64,000 nt of DNA from Minisyncoccota bacterium. GTDB taxonomy: Bacteria > Patescibacteriota > Microgenomatia > UBA1400 > UBA12028. Below, piece by piece: positions 8,455 to 18,805 of this stretch. The translations under genes and the position numbers were made by a program. The stretch covers positions 24,618 through 88,617 of the forward strand of contig DNEP01000013.1 in assembly GCA_003487265.1 (NCBI GenBank), read 5' to 3'. The notes beneath the pieces are model-generated. The model was given only the letters and a program-made list of their open reading frames with translations, was not told the DNA's origin and did not search any database. Positions within the stretch are counted from its first letter, which is position 1. The number at the start of each line of letters is the position of its first letter.

Positions 8455-10098
8455 ATGAAACTTGCTCTTTTTCTCATCTTCATTAGCGTTTTTTCATTCG
8501 CTCTGATTTTCTTTTTTGAGGATAAGCCCTATCTTTTTTCGACCGAACAAAAACAAATATCAATCCAAACCACAGTCGATCCCTCGCTCGAACAATCACA
8601 ACCGTCATATCTCATCATGAATTTTTCAACGATGAATGAGTTGAACTGGAACGCACCCGAATCGGAATGGCAATCGGAAATCAAACCAAAAGTTGTCAAT
8701 GAACTTCAAGATATGATCTCAAAACTTTCTCGTGGAAACACACAAACAAAACTCGGATGGAGCACCTTGAACGAGTACATGAACATTCCTGCGGATACTC
8801 CTTCAACAACCTCTGCGTATGTTGTGAAAATCAAACGAATTTTTGAAATTTCAGAAGAACTTGAGTTACCTGTTTTTATCCCACTCAATGGTTTTCAGTG
8901 GTGGGATGAACAACCCGAACTTTACAATTGGTGGGATAACGATGGGACAAAAACCCCCGCCTCGTTTTTCGCGCGTCAAGACAATCCCGAAGAGTTTAAA
9001 CAACGATTCATTGCTGGATATGATCCAAACAATAGAAAAAATGTTGACTGGAAAAGTTGGTCAGAACCAATGACATGGAACTATCGCAATTGGGGATCGG
9101 GTGAATTTATCCTCGCTCCGCCCCCAAATATTGCACGAGGATCTGCATATCGCAAAGTGCTTGAAGCACGATACAGCGCAATTATGGATCAAATGCGATT
9201 CTCTCTTTCTGAGCTTGAACAAAAAAACAAACAACATCTATTTCTGGGGTTTTCGATCGGAACCGAGTTAAGTTTGAATGCCTCAACAACTCCAAAAGAT
9301 GAATTTGAGCCGTATGGGTATCGAGCGTTATTAGATTCTGGGTTAAACTCGAATTCGAATCAGCAATCAATTCAAAACATGCGAACCGAAGTTTTGCACG
9401 AATACATAGAATCACTTGCGCGTATTTCTGCACGAAAAGGGTTCGATTCAAACTACATTCACGCGCATGTCTGGGGTGAAGAAGATCCAAAAAGTAAAAA
9501 ATACGCACCGTATGCACAAGCAGCTTGTTCCCCGTACGTCATTCCAAGTGTGAGCATATACGGAAACGAAAAAAATCCAATGAGCTCCAAACAGTGGAGT
9601 TCGGCATTGCAAACATGTAACACACCAAACTGGTCGATCGTGGAAACCTCGATTTCTGCAGATACTGCCACTCAGGAATTGAGCAATCTTTTTTCATCAA
9701 AAACTCCTCCAAGAATAATCGTTCTCTATAACTGGAGTGAGCATCAAGACCCATCGCAACAACAGGCAATTGCGAACTATGTACAAAAAAATCATATCGA
9801 AAAATGCCAACCACCTATTCTTATCAGCAGAAACGATTTTCTAACCCACAATCCCGACTCACTTTTCATTACCCTTCCTCCGTCAGCAACCTCAACAGCA
9901 ACCCTCACAATCTCAAAAGGATTTTCAACAAACGCGCCGATTCAAACGTATCCCCTCGCTCAAACAACCACCGTTTCGCTACCTCAGGGAATGTACTCCT
10001 GGTACATCACAGCGCCAACGTGCGATAATACACGAACATCGTGGTCGCAACCTCGACTGATTACCGTTCCTCTGACGTTTTCGAATCAGAGAAACTAA
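8455..10098 (+). CDS. Membrane-anchored extracellular protein, possibly a glycoside-hydrolase-like TIM barrel
   Basis: N-terminal hydrophobic anchor, Trp-rich; IGTELS and WSIVET segments could supply two catalytic Glu residues. The function is inferred. Confidence 0.55.
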   Translation: MKLALFLIFISVFSFALIFFFEDKPYLFSTEQKQISIQTTVDPSLEQSQPSYLIMNFSTMNELNWNAPESEWQSEIKPKVVNELQDMISKLSRGNTQTKLGWSTLNEYMNIPADTPSTTSAYVVKIKRIFEISEELELPVFIPLNGFQWWDEQPELYNWWDNDGTKTPASFFARQDNPEEFKQRFIAGYDPNNRKNVDWKSWSEPMTWNYRNWGSGEFILAPPPNIARGSAYRKVLEARYSAIMDQMRFSLSELEQKNKQHLFLGFSIGTELSLNASTTPKDEFEPYGYRALLDSGLNSNSNQQSIQNMRTEVLHEYIESLARISARKGFDSNYIHAHVWGEEDPKSKKYAPYAQAACSPYVIPSVSIYGNEKNPMSSKQWSSALQTCNTPNWSIVETSISADTATQELSNLFSSKTPPRIIVLYNWSEHQDPSQQQAIANYVQKNHIEKCQPPILISRNDFLTHNPDSLFITLPPSATSTATLTISKGFSTNAPIQTYPLAQTTTVSLPQGMYSWYITAPTCDNTRTSWSQPRLITVPLTFSNQRN

Positions 10099-10114
10099 TG
10101 TACAATACCTCTGC

Positions 10115-10185
10115 GCCTTCTTAGCTTAGTGGCAAAGCAGCGGTATCGTAAACCGCGGACGACAGTTCGATTCTGTCAGAAGGCT
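10115..10185 (+). tRNA. tRNA-Thr(CGT)
   Basis: Acceptor GCCTTCT/AGAAGGC, D arm GCTT/AAGC, anticodon arm GCGGT-AT-CGT-AA-ACCGC, T arm GACAG-TTCGATT-CTGTC. CCA is not encoded. TACAAT lies at 10101-10106. Confidence 0.92.
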
Positions 10186-10188
10186 CAT

Positions 10189-10905
10189 ATGACATCACAT
10201 TCTTATAGTCGAATCGAGCGAAAACGGTCAAAAAGGGCCATTTTTCAGTCATTTTTGCTGATTTTTGGCGCATTGGTTTTCCTGTTTATATTTGTTGTGT
10301 TTCTTATTCCGCAAGTTATCCGCATCTATGATGCGATGACATCTTCAACAGTCTCGTTTGATGACAAAGATACCATTCCACCACAACTTCCCGTCCTCGA
10401 TCCTCCACTTCCCGAAGCAACGTTTAGCGGACAACTCGTGTTGAAAGGATACACCGAACAAGATGTCAAGGTCGCTTTGGTTATTGACGGTGAGTTACTG
10501 CAAGAAGTTCAAACCTCTCCCGACGGGTTTTTTTTGTTTGATGAGCTCGATCTTTCTCAAGGAGAATACACTATTCAAATCACCGCAGAAGACGCAAATA
10601 AGAATGTTTCAAAAACATTTGAACAGCATTTCACCATCGATACCGAAACACCAAAACTCGAAGTACTCACACCCACCGACGGAACTACCATCACACGCCG
10701 ACGTGATCAAACAATCCCCATCGAGGTTCAAACAGAGGCCTCGGCAACCGTAACGGTGAATGGACGTCAAATATTTGTCGACATCACAGGAAAAGCGACT
10801 GGGTCATACTCACTCGTCGAGGGAGAAAACCTTCTTGTTATTGAATCAAAAGATGTCGCCGGTAATATCACAAAACAAGAACTCAAGGTCCAGTTCAGTC
10901 CGTAA
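10189..10905 (+). CDS. Membrane-anchored protein with two bacterial Ig-like domains
   Basis: Single TM segment, then D...P..P and DxAGN-type motifs (EDANKN, KDVAGN). The track's GTG start overlaps the tRNA, so ATG 10189 is used. Confidence 0.75.
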   Translation: MTSHSYSRIERKRSKRAIFQSFLLIFGALVFLFIFVVFLIPQVIRIYDAMTSSTVSFDDKDTIPPQLPVLDPPLPEATFSGQLVLKGYTEQDVKVALVIDGELLQEVQTSPDGFFLFDELDLSQGEYTIQITAEDANKNVSKTFEQHFTIDTETPKLEVLTPTDGTTITRRRDQTIPIEVQTEASATVTVNGRQIFVDITGKATGSYSLVEGENLLVIESKDVAGNITKQELKVQFSP

Positions 10906-12028
10906 GCTGTATTGAGTTACTCATCGCCTGCAAACTCATCAGAAAAAACAGCCCTATCGAAGTGAAAAAGATTGCGTTCATTTGACTCGCAATACACAAA
11001 AAAAGAATTGCTCCAAACACCTCTGGATGTTTGAATGAATCGCGCAACAACTGAACAAGCGCGTATCCAAACACAAGAATCCCAATCGCCCCCGTAAACT
11101 CAAAGACTTGTACAAACACATTATCTGGTGCTGTCGCGTGCGAAATTGTTTGGTTTTCGCTCAACTGAAGCGTTCGACGTAAATACCATCCTTTTCCGAA
11201 AATCGCTGTTTTCCATGTGATACTTTGAAATGAACTCAAAAAGATCGTTGTTCTCGCATTCACACTCACGGTTCGCTCAAGTAATGTTCCCTCACTTGCT
11301 CTGCGAGGTAAAAACGGAATCGCGACAATAAACAACAAAAGTGTAATCAGACCATAAGATAATAGTTTTTTCCGATACACAAGTACAAGAGTAAATATTG
11401 TTACAAAAAATGCAACATATGAACTTCGTGAGTATGTTAACAGTAATAGACCAACGTGAGCTAGGGTAAGAATCAACGAACCTGCATTTTTTTTCTGCAA
11501 CAGAAAGATTGCACCAACACCCGCGATTAGCGCGGTAAACGGTGGATCCAGAACGGTAGAGATTGCTCGAAAATAGTGATCGTCATATCCTTCGGCAAAA
11601 AATGAGCGCAAATCGGGAACAAAAAGATATTGAATAAAACCCACAAAAACAATTCCTGTTGTGTACAACAAAAGGGCGCGAAGGATATCTTTTCCAGCTA
11701 TTTTTCCGTTTCGAACAGCAACGGCAAGAATGCTGCCAAAAAAAGCGTAAAGGAGTGCTCGAAACATATACACAAATGAAAGAATCGTTCGATCTATAGA
11801 AACTTCCGCATGATTCACCACAACACTCAGTACCATAACAAAGAAAAACATTTTCCAAGAGTTTGGAATGGAAATGAAAATTGTTTTTCCCCATGTTCGC
11901 AACCCCTGAATCACGAAAATCAACACCCCGCAGTCAAGAAAACTCACGCGGAGTCCAGAAAGAGGAGAGAATAAGAACAACTGTCCAAAAATACCAAGAA
12001 ATGCGATTGTATATAGAAGTGAGTTCAT
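10895..12028 (-). CDS. O-antigen ligase/Wzy-like polytopic membrane protein
   Basis: RAISTVLDP, LTYSRSSY, IFGKGW and DNVFVQVFEFTG motifs. Confidence 0.8.
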   Translation of the reverse strand: MNSLLYTIAFLGIFGQLFLFSPLSGLRVSFLDCGVLIFVIQGLRTWGKTIFISIPNSWKMFFFVMVLSVVVNHAEVSIDRTILSFVYMFRALLYAFFGSILAVAVRNGKIAGKDILRALLLYTTGIVFVGFIQYLFVPDLRSFFAEGYDDHYFRAISTVLDPPFTALIAGVGAIFLLQKKNAGSLILTLAHVGLLLLTYSRSSYVAFFVTIFTLVLVYRKKLLSYGLITLLLFIVAIPFLPRRASEGTLLERTVSVNARTTIFLSSFQSITWKTAIFGKGWYLRRTLQLSENQTISHATAPDNVFVQVFEFTGAIGILVFGYALVQLLRDSFKHPEVFGAILFLCIASQMNAIFFTSIGLFFLMSLQAMSNSIQLTD

Positions 12029-13800
12029 GAATCGTGCGTCTCCCATTGCTTTATCCGAACAATCAAACTCGACAGCGACATCATATATGCCATGCACAAT
12101 CCGCGATAGCCATCAAAAATGCCACGAAGAATAATGTAGTTCCACAAGAATTTTCCAACTGGAAAAGTGAGAAGTTGTAACCAAAGCATAATGTGCGAAC
12201 CTTTTTCTCTTTCCATCGCATCAATTGATGTGTATCGGTTGAGCTTTTGAAAAAACATGGAGATTGAAGCATGTGGATGATGAAGCAAGTACGCAGAACG
12301 GAGATGAATTATTGGCAGTTTTGAGTTCCAAACCTCGTGTACTGCATTTTTCCATGTCCCTTGGGTTTTTTTCATGAGTCGAGGGAACCACAGATTGGCC
12401 GTCTCTCCATGTTTCAGCACTTGATTGAAAAGAAAATCGTGGCGACGGAACGCGTACTGAGCTGGACAATGAAACAACTCGACAATGCCACAAAACTCTT
12501 CATCGCTATCAAGAAAAAGCACCCAATCATTTGACGCCTTTTGCATACCGAGTTCTCGAATTGCATGAAAGCGATTGCGGTACGAATCGGCGTATGTCAC
12601 AAATCGAACGCCCTTTTTCGACTGAAAAACTGCTGATGTATAATAAATCATCACGATTTCATCTGCCCAAGCAACCGACGCGATTGCTTTTTGCAGCAAT
12701 TCATCATCTCTATGCGCCAAAATCACAACCGAAACTTTTGGTTGTACGAGCATTTTTCTACAACGTATGCGTTGAAAAATGAATTTCCAGATATCAACAG
12801 TGCACAAGACAAAACCGAAGGGCAAAATCACTGTCAACGGAACAAGATACGCTTCGGATGGATATCCATGGACAAGCGTTCCCAAAATAACGAATAGCAT
12901 TGCGATCCACAGCGGTCTTCCAAGCAGTGTTCTTCGTTGAACGGCCACGCTGTACATAGAAAAAATGACCAACATTGTAGAAATGAAAAAGGGAAACGGA
13001 AAAAACTCAGCATACATACCAATTATTTTTTGCAAAGAAAGAAAAGGAGTAAGAATCGACTGCGCGTGTTCAGAAAACATTCCTAGTGGTGCGACCATGC
13101 GATATATTGCCCAAACTGCAAGTCCACACGTCTGAAAACAAAAATGAGAGAGATCATACAACACCCAAGGAAAAATTCCCAAACCAACACCCAAAAAATA
13201 TCCTAGCATTGATTTTTTTCGAAAAGAACTCATCCACACAATAGGTAACAGAATAAAGAGCGGGATATGTGCAATTTCTGTCATGAGCAACAATCCATAC
13301 AGCACACCACCAAAAAACCACCCGCGAATTGTCCGTTTTGCAAAAAGAAGATGACGTACCAAGAGTAGGAAAAACAACGGAATAAGATGAAGATAAAACG
13401 GAGAGCGATCATACCGAATACTTAACGGAGAGATCGCATACAGGATTGTCGCGAATGTCGCAATCCACATCCCATTCGTTTTCCTGATACTATCAAACAA
13501 AACCCACGCGGTAACTCCAAACACAATCATCGACAGAAGTACCAACGAATCATACGATTCTCCAAAAAGCCGAATCGCCGACATCACAAAAAGAATGTTG
13601 CTTGGACCTTGATGAAAACGCGGGACACTTGACGCAATACCAATCAACGGCAACTGTCTGCGCTGAATCATTTCTTGTGCAACAGTAAAATCGATACGCT
13701 GATCTGGCAAGATTGGAAATGAGAACTCGCGCAGACGCAAATACAAACCAAGAAACACAATACTTCCAATAATAAAACCGTTCATCACCGTTCGCTTCAT
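12025..13800 (-). CDS. GT-C (ArnT/GT39-like) membrane glycosyltransferase joined in frame to a GT2 domain
   Basis: N-terminal multi-TM region with DQ..D and PLIG...HQGP; C-terminal KVSVVILA, WVLFLDSDE and VHE motifs starting at Met 12753. Confidence 0.75.
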   Translation of the reverse strand: MKRTVMNGFIIGSIVFLGLYLRLREFSFPILPDQRIDFTVAQEMIQRRQLPLIGIASSVPRFHQGPSNILFVMSAIRLFGESYDSLVLLSMIVFGVTAWVLFDSIRKTNGMWIATFATILYAISPLSIRYDRSPFYLHLIPLFFLLLVRHLLFAKRTIRGWFFGGVLYGLLLMTEIAHIPLFILLPIVWMSSFRKKSMLGYFLGVGLGIFPWVLYDLSHFCFQTCGLAVWAIYRMVAPLGMFSEHAQSILTPFLSLQKIIGMYAEFFPFPFFISTMLVIFSMYSVAVQRRTLLGRPLWIAMLFVILGTLVHGYPSEAYLVPLTVILPFGFVLCTVDIWKFIFQRIRCRKMLVQPKVSVVILAHRDDELLQKAIASVAWADEIVMIYYTSAVFQSKKGVRFVTYADSYRNRFHAIRELGMQKASNDWVLFLDSDEEFCGIVELFHCPAQYAFRRHDFLFNQVLKHGETANLWFPRLMKKTQGTWKNAVHEVWNSKLPIIHLRSAYLLHHPHASISMFFQKLNRYTSIDAMEREKGSHIMLWLQLLTFPVGKFLWNYIILRGIFDGYRGLCMAYMMSLSSLIVRIKQWETHDS

Positions 13801-15023
13801 ATGTGTGATTTCGATCGTAAAATCCAATACGCATACACCGGCTGAACAACAATTCTAGAGAGAAGAATCGCCCAAGATGCGCCCAAAATACCAAGCGAGG
13901 TGATCAACGGATAAATACAAATTCCCAACATGACTAATTGAATAAAACTAATCACCGTGTATTTCTGTGGATGATGTTCAATATAAAAAAGTGGAAATGT
14001 AATATTGTTGATCCCTTGCAATGCGAGAGCAATCGTTAACACAGGAAGTATTCCCGCGACCGCCCGCCAATCTTCACCAAATAGCGCTGTCACCCCCCAA
14101 GAACCATACAGTGTGACCGCAATATAGACGAGCAAAAAAAATAATATCAACACACTGAGATTGATAATATATGATCTCCAGACATAGTTCGAGGTGTTTT
14201 TGTGTTTTGTCTGAATAGGAAACATTGCCCCACCAACAACCTCACCTACATCCGCAGTTGAAGATTGTGCGATGTTGTACCCCATTTGATATATCCCTAG
14301 CGCCGAGGTTCCCAGCATCTTTCCAACAAAAAGATCATCGATGTTATTACTCAAGTACCCAAAAATCCCACTTAGATTAAACCATTTTGCAAACTGAAAT
14401 ATCTCACGAGCCACCGAGGCGCTCCATCGCAACCGAGGAGGTTGTTTTGAAATCACATGCGACACAATCATCTCAATTACAGTCATGACGAACATTCCCA
14501 ACAGTAATCCAAAAACCGAGTGAAGAAGATACACAAAGAGAATCATGGAAAGATTTTCGATAACCGAAAGCGCGAGTCGAAGTTGAGAATAGGTTCTAAA
14601 ATGAAGCTCTTTTTGCAACACGACAATTGAAGGATGGATACATCCACGTATGACAGGAATGCTTGCCGCAAAAAAGATGAGCCACACCAGCGATTCCTGA
14701 TGAAATACGACCGATAATGGATACGCAAGAATCGCCATACAAAGAGAAATACCAAACCCGCGCAAAAGCGAAATAATCCACGCTGTATCGATGTATTTTG
14801 CGAGAGGTTTCTCGGATCGAATAAGAAAAATATTAATTCCTGTTTCGGAAAAAACTTCGGTGAGCGCCAGAACAAGAGTGACAATTCCGAAAATACCTAA
14901 ATCAGATGGAGAGAGAATTTTTGCAACAAGAATCACGCGCATCAGCGCAAGTGCTTTTGCCACAATCTTCACAAACCCGAAGGCACCAATCCCTTTTACT
15001 GCATGAACGGTTGAGGTTTGCAT
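13797..15023 (-). CDS. Wzx/PST-family oligosaccharide flippase
   Basis: LAKILSPSDLGIFG and DDLFVGKMLG..ALGIY motifs; about 12 TM segments. Confidence 0.85.
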   Translation of the reverse strand: MQTSTVHAVKGIGAFGFVKIVAKALALMRVILVAKILSPSDLGIFGIVTLVLALTEVFSETGINIFLIRSEKPLAKYIDTAWIISLLRGFGISLCMAILAYPLSVVFHQESLVWLIFFAASIPVIRGCIHPSIVVLQKELHFRTYSQLRLALSVIENLSMILFVYLLHSVFGLLLGMFVMTVIEMIVSHVISKQPPRLRWSASVAREIFQFAKWFNLSGIFGYLSNNIDDLFVGKMLGTSALGIYQMGYNIAQSSTADVGEVVGGAMFPIQTKHKNTSNYVWRSYIINLSVLILFFLLVYIAVTLYGSWGVTALFGEDWRAVAGILPVLTIALALQGINNITFPLFYIEHHPQKYTVISFIQLVMLGICIYPLITSLGILGASWAILLSRIVVQPVYAYWILRSKSHI

Positions 15024-15033
15024 ATCTTGATCA

Positions 15034-15972
15034 CTATATCACTCGACGATCCCAGATTCTACGAACACTCCCAAGACAAGTTGCAAAAAGCACTCCGAGA
15101 TCCGTAACCCATTGCATACACAACAACATCATAAGATCAACCAACGAATGAACAATGGATTTGTGTCGCAGATAGGTGTAGAAAAAATACATCAACAATA
15201 ACGGCAACACATAAACACCTTTCCAAAAAAACAAACACATGAGAATCAGCACTCCAAACGATTTTACGATCGTTTGTGTTCGCACCACTCCCAACTGCGC
15301 GTCCATATACGCGAATGTGAAGAGCTGTTTAAAAAAACGTCGAAGAGAGGACGGTGGAAACCAATCAACTATGGCAAGAGGCGCAAAAGCAATTGGCATT
15401 GATAGCGGTATGCGTCTGGAAAAAGCATAATCCTCACTTGTGTTTGCAGACTCATCAAACATTCCAAGTTGAAGAAAAACGGAACGTTCTATGAGCATTG
15501 AGCGTGTTGCGGGAAGAAAACGGTCGGGATGGTGTTTCCTAGTAAATGCCGAAAGATTATCTGGGGACACAAGCATAAAACGTGACGCGATGGGATGCCA
15601 AGTTTTTGTGTGAATGGCAGAATAATATCCCGCAACGATCCTCGTTTTTTCTCGATGTGATGCGCCGAGCAATTTTTCAAGCCAGTTTTTTCTTGGAACA
15701 CACCCCGCATCGGTGAACGCAATCCACGTTGTCCGCGCCTTTTTCACACCCGCGTTTCGCCCAATCGAACGATTGCCTTTTTGTTGAAGAACGGTAAGCG
15801 AAAAAGATCTTGGATAGAAGGCGTTGAGTATCTTTACCGTATTATCGGTTGATCCTCCATCAACAATTACAACTTGAAACGAAGAACAAGTTTGCGCGTC
15901 TAACCCATCCAATAGCGCCGAAATGGATTTTTCCTCATTTAGCACAGTAACAACGACCGTTATGTCTTCCAT
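15034..15972 (-). CDS. Glycosyltransferase family 2
   Basis: VVVTVLNEE, VDGGSTD, FTDAG and SED motifs. Confidence 0.9.
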   Translation of the reverse strand: MEDITVVVTVLNEEKSISALLDGLDAQTCSSFQVVIVDGGSTDNTVKILNAFYPRSFSLTVLQQKGNRSIGRNAGVKKARTTWIAFTDAGCVPRKNWLEKLLGASHREKTRIVAGYYSAIHTKTWHPIASRFMLVSPDNLSAFTRKHHPDRFLPATRSMLIERSVFLQLGMFDESANTSEDYAFSRRIPLSMPIAFAPLAIVDWFPPSSLRRFFKQLFTFAYMDAQLGVVRTQTIVKSFGVLILMCLFFWKGVYVLPLLLMYFFYTYLRHKSIVHSLVDLMMLLCMQWVTDLGVLFATCLGSVRRIWDRRVI

Positions 15973-16970
15973 AGTTCCTCGTACATATCAGCCATATTTC
16001 CCCATGTTTGCCGAATAGCCCATCGTTGAGCCGTTTGAATGTCTTCTTTCTCTTTTTTAGAATTTTTGAGCAGATGAGTGAGTTTTTTAGCAAACTCTGC
16101 GGGTGTCGAAAAAGTTTCTATTGTCGAAAATTGTGGAAAAGAAGAGAGATAGTCTTTCTTAATTTCGTTGTTCCAATGTGCAAAAACTTTTCTCCCAATT
16201 TGCATTGCTTCAATCATTCCAAGATATCTTGAAACACACGCGAATCTGTGCGACCGAAGCACTGTTTTAACATCTGAAGTAAGACCGCGGTACTGAATAA
16301 AAGGCGTTAACTCAATCATTTTTTTGACACGTCGTGTGAGCTCCCCCTCACCATAAATATCCAGTGTGAGTTCTCCTGAAAGTAATTGAATCCCTTGGAT
16401 GTATTGAATAATTCCAACATCTTCAGACAAACGACCAATATATACTGCCGAGTTGTTTTTTGGAACTGGTGACGGAGACTCATTCCCTGCACCGTACATG
16501 ACAGATTCTGGATTCGCGCCGTACCATTTTTTCATCCATACCCCAACGCAGATCGTTCCCCACGAAAACCACTCCGCAAGCTTTCTCGAGCGAATCGCTT
16601 TCTTTGAAGGTAGCGCCGATCCTTCATATCCATGAAATGTGGTGTACACCTTTTTCCAAGGAAGGAAAAAGCGCATGATGAAATACCACCAATACACATC
16701 ATGTGCGTGAACAATATCTGCTGAGAGAAATACTGGAACGTACCGAAACATCTGCATCCAAACCTGAAATTTGTTTAATGGATCGCAAGAAAAACGGTGG
16801 ATTTGAATTCCTTTATATGTTTCATTTCGCTCACCTTTTGCAGATTGAGTCACAATATGAACCTGATATCCGCGATCTATCAGTTCTTGTGAAAGATAAA
16901 GCACGTGCTTTTCAACTCCTCCGATATGAGGATAAAAAGACGGAGTGAGAAAAAGAATAATTTTGTTCAT
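15960..16970 (-). CDS. Glycosyltransferase family 4
   Basis: FYPHIGGVE, YIGRL and EAM motifs. Confidence 0.88.
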   Translation of the reverse strand: MNKIILFLTPSFYPHIGGVEKHVLYLSQELIDRGYQVHIVTQSAKGERNETYKGIQIHRFSCDPLNKFQVWMQMFRYVPVFLSADIVHAHDVYWWYFIMRFFLPWKKVYTTFHGYEGSALPSKKAIRSRKLAEWFSWGTICVGVWMKKWYGANPESVMYGAGNESPSPVPKNNSAVYIGRLSEDVGIIQYIQGIQLLSGELTLDIYGEGELTRRVKKMIELTPFIQYRGLTSDVKTVLRSHRFACVSRYLGMIEAMQIGRKVFAHWNNEIKKDYLSSFPQFSTIETFSTPAEFAKKLTHLLKNSKKEKEDIQTAQRWAIRQTWGNMADMYEELWKT

Positions 16971-17022
16971 TAATTGAGTTGATTGTAAGCCAATTGTAAA
17001 CAAGATGGTACATCATACCGAT

Positions 17023-18798
17023 ATGAAGTTCATATGTACATTTCTATTTTGTTTTTTTGTTTGGATATTTTCTGCACACCCAGTGTTTGCGTATGATTTT
17101 TTTGATGACTTCAACAGTGGACTCAACCCACAGGACTGGGTTGTTGTTCGAAACTGGCATTGGTTAAATCGCAACGCACCGTGCACGTATATGGGACTTC
17201 CAACAACTTGGCATACAACTGCTGGAGAACTTGAAATGCAGATAAGCACAGGATCCTGCACATCCGAACTTTTATTAAACAAAGAGCGTTTTCAGTTATC
17301 CGATTCATATATTTGGGAGTTTGACATGACGTTCGTTGGTAGTTTAAATCAAGATCGAAACTATCTTCTTTTTTGGAAAGATGAAGAGAACTGGTACGAT
17401 CTAAAGTTTTTGGGGAACACCATTTTCCTTCAGCGAGTTGTTGAAAATCATCACAGCTCTCTCCCTTCTGGATCTACAACGTATCCGTTCCAACCAGATG
17501 GAAAATATCATTTCCGAAATGAATGGAACGGAACAACAGGAGAACTTCGTGTGTACATTGATGATCAACTGGTCATTTCAACCATTGAAGAAAATCCTGA
17601 AATCACCGATGTACAAGTTGGATTTCAAGCATCAACAGGCGCGATAACATTCTCGCATGTCAAGTTTGACAACGCCCACCTTCATCTCACTTCCGCACTC
17701 GCGCCACTCGATATTCCATATTACTCACAACGAGACCCCAACTGGAGTGACGAGGAATACGACAGCGCATCCGATTGGGCAGAGCATGAGACAACAATTG
17801 AAGCTTGGGGATGCGCGCTAACATCTGCTGCGATGATTTTGCAATATCACGAGATTGATGAACTCCCCGATGGAACAGAAATAACCCCCTCAAGTCTTAA
17901 CACGTGGCTTATTGCACAGCCAGATGGATATGTACAAAGTGGAAATGTGAACTGGCTGGCCATCACACGACTTTCCGCACTCTATCATGAAGATCATCCG
18001 ACCGTCCCAACGCTCGAGTTTTCACGAGACTCATTTTCGAAGGAAACGGTTGAAACAAACATTCAAAATCAAGACCCCCTCATCGGTCAAACAGGTGGAC
18101 ATTTTGTTGTCATTCGAGGAACCACACCCGAGCACGAACTCATTCATGATCCCTTTGATGCTGCGAATGAAAATTCTGAAGATTTAACAACTCCCATTAC
18201 GTCGTTGCGCATTTTTACTCCATCGTTCACCGACCTAAGCGGTATTCTCATTACCGCAGACGCAACCGTTCAAGGATCGTTTATCAATACCTCTGAAAAT
18301 CAACACAACAACGTTGAACTGCTTCAAAATGATCTCTCTGGTGAAATCACTGAATCATTTTCTTCGTTTGTATTAAAGCCTGAAGAGTCGCAGTATTCAT
18401 ATCAACTTCAAGCGGAAACGGATGGGATATATGAAATTGTGGTATATGCCTACACATCTACAGGATCTGTACAGGTACTGAAAAAAGATATCGTCCTTCA
18501 GAATGGAGTTGCAACAATCACAATCAACTACGAAAAAAATGGTATTTCATCAGTTGCTCAACTTGAAACTCTTTCATTGCCTGAACTTTTTTCGTTTTTG
18601 TATCAGATTGATGAACTACACGCCTCGGATGCCTTCGACTTTCTTTTTCGATTCTCCTCTCTTGTTTCAGAAGAACTCGAAAGTGAAACGCGTGCGCGAT
18701 ACCTCAATGCCCTCCAATCATATCTTGAGCAATTCACACATGAATTTTCTGAGCGGGGGAAAAGGATGGTCGAAGAAAAAATCGAGGGCATGAGATAA
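17023..18798 (+). CDS. Secreted C39-like cysteine peptidase with an N-terminal beta-sandwich (lectin-like) domain
   Basis: Signal peptide ending in VFA; PYYSQRD...GCALTSAAM...GHFVV...IHDP gives the Q/C/H/D arrangement. Confidence 0.8.
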   Translation: MKFICTFLFCFFVWIFSAHPVFAYDFFDDFNSGLNPQDWVVVRNWHWLNRNAPCTYMGLPTTWHTTAGELEMQISTGSCTSELLLNKERFQLSDSYIWEFDMTFVGSLNQDRNYLLFWKDEENWYDLKFLGNTIFLQRVVENHHSSLPSGSTTYPFQPDGKYHFRNEWNGTTGELRVYIDDQLVISTIEENPEITDVQVGFQASTGAITFSHVKFDNAHLHLTSALAPLDIPYYSQRDPNWSDEEYDSASDWAEHETTIEAWGCALTSAAMILQYHEIDELPDGTEITPSSLNTWLIAQPDGYVQSGNVNWLAITRLSALYHEDHPTVPTLEFSRDSFSKETVETNIQNQDPLIGQTGGHFVVIRGTTPEHELIHDPFDAANENSEDLTTPITSLRIFTPSFTDLSGILITADATVQGSFINTSENQHNNVELLQNDLSGEITESFSSFVLKPEESQYSYQLQAETDGIYEIVVYAYTSTGSVQVLKKDIVLQNGVATITINYEKNGISSVAQLETLSLPELFSFLYQIDELHASDAFDFLFRFSSLVSEELESETRARYLNALQSYLEQFTHEFSERGKRMVEEKIEGMR

Positions 18799-18805
18799 TA
18801 CGCCA

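Noticed and set aside
10129-10188. GTG-start extension of the Ig-like protein
   Set aside because: It lies inside tRNA-Thr.
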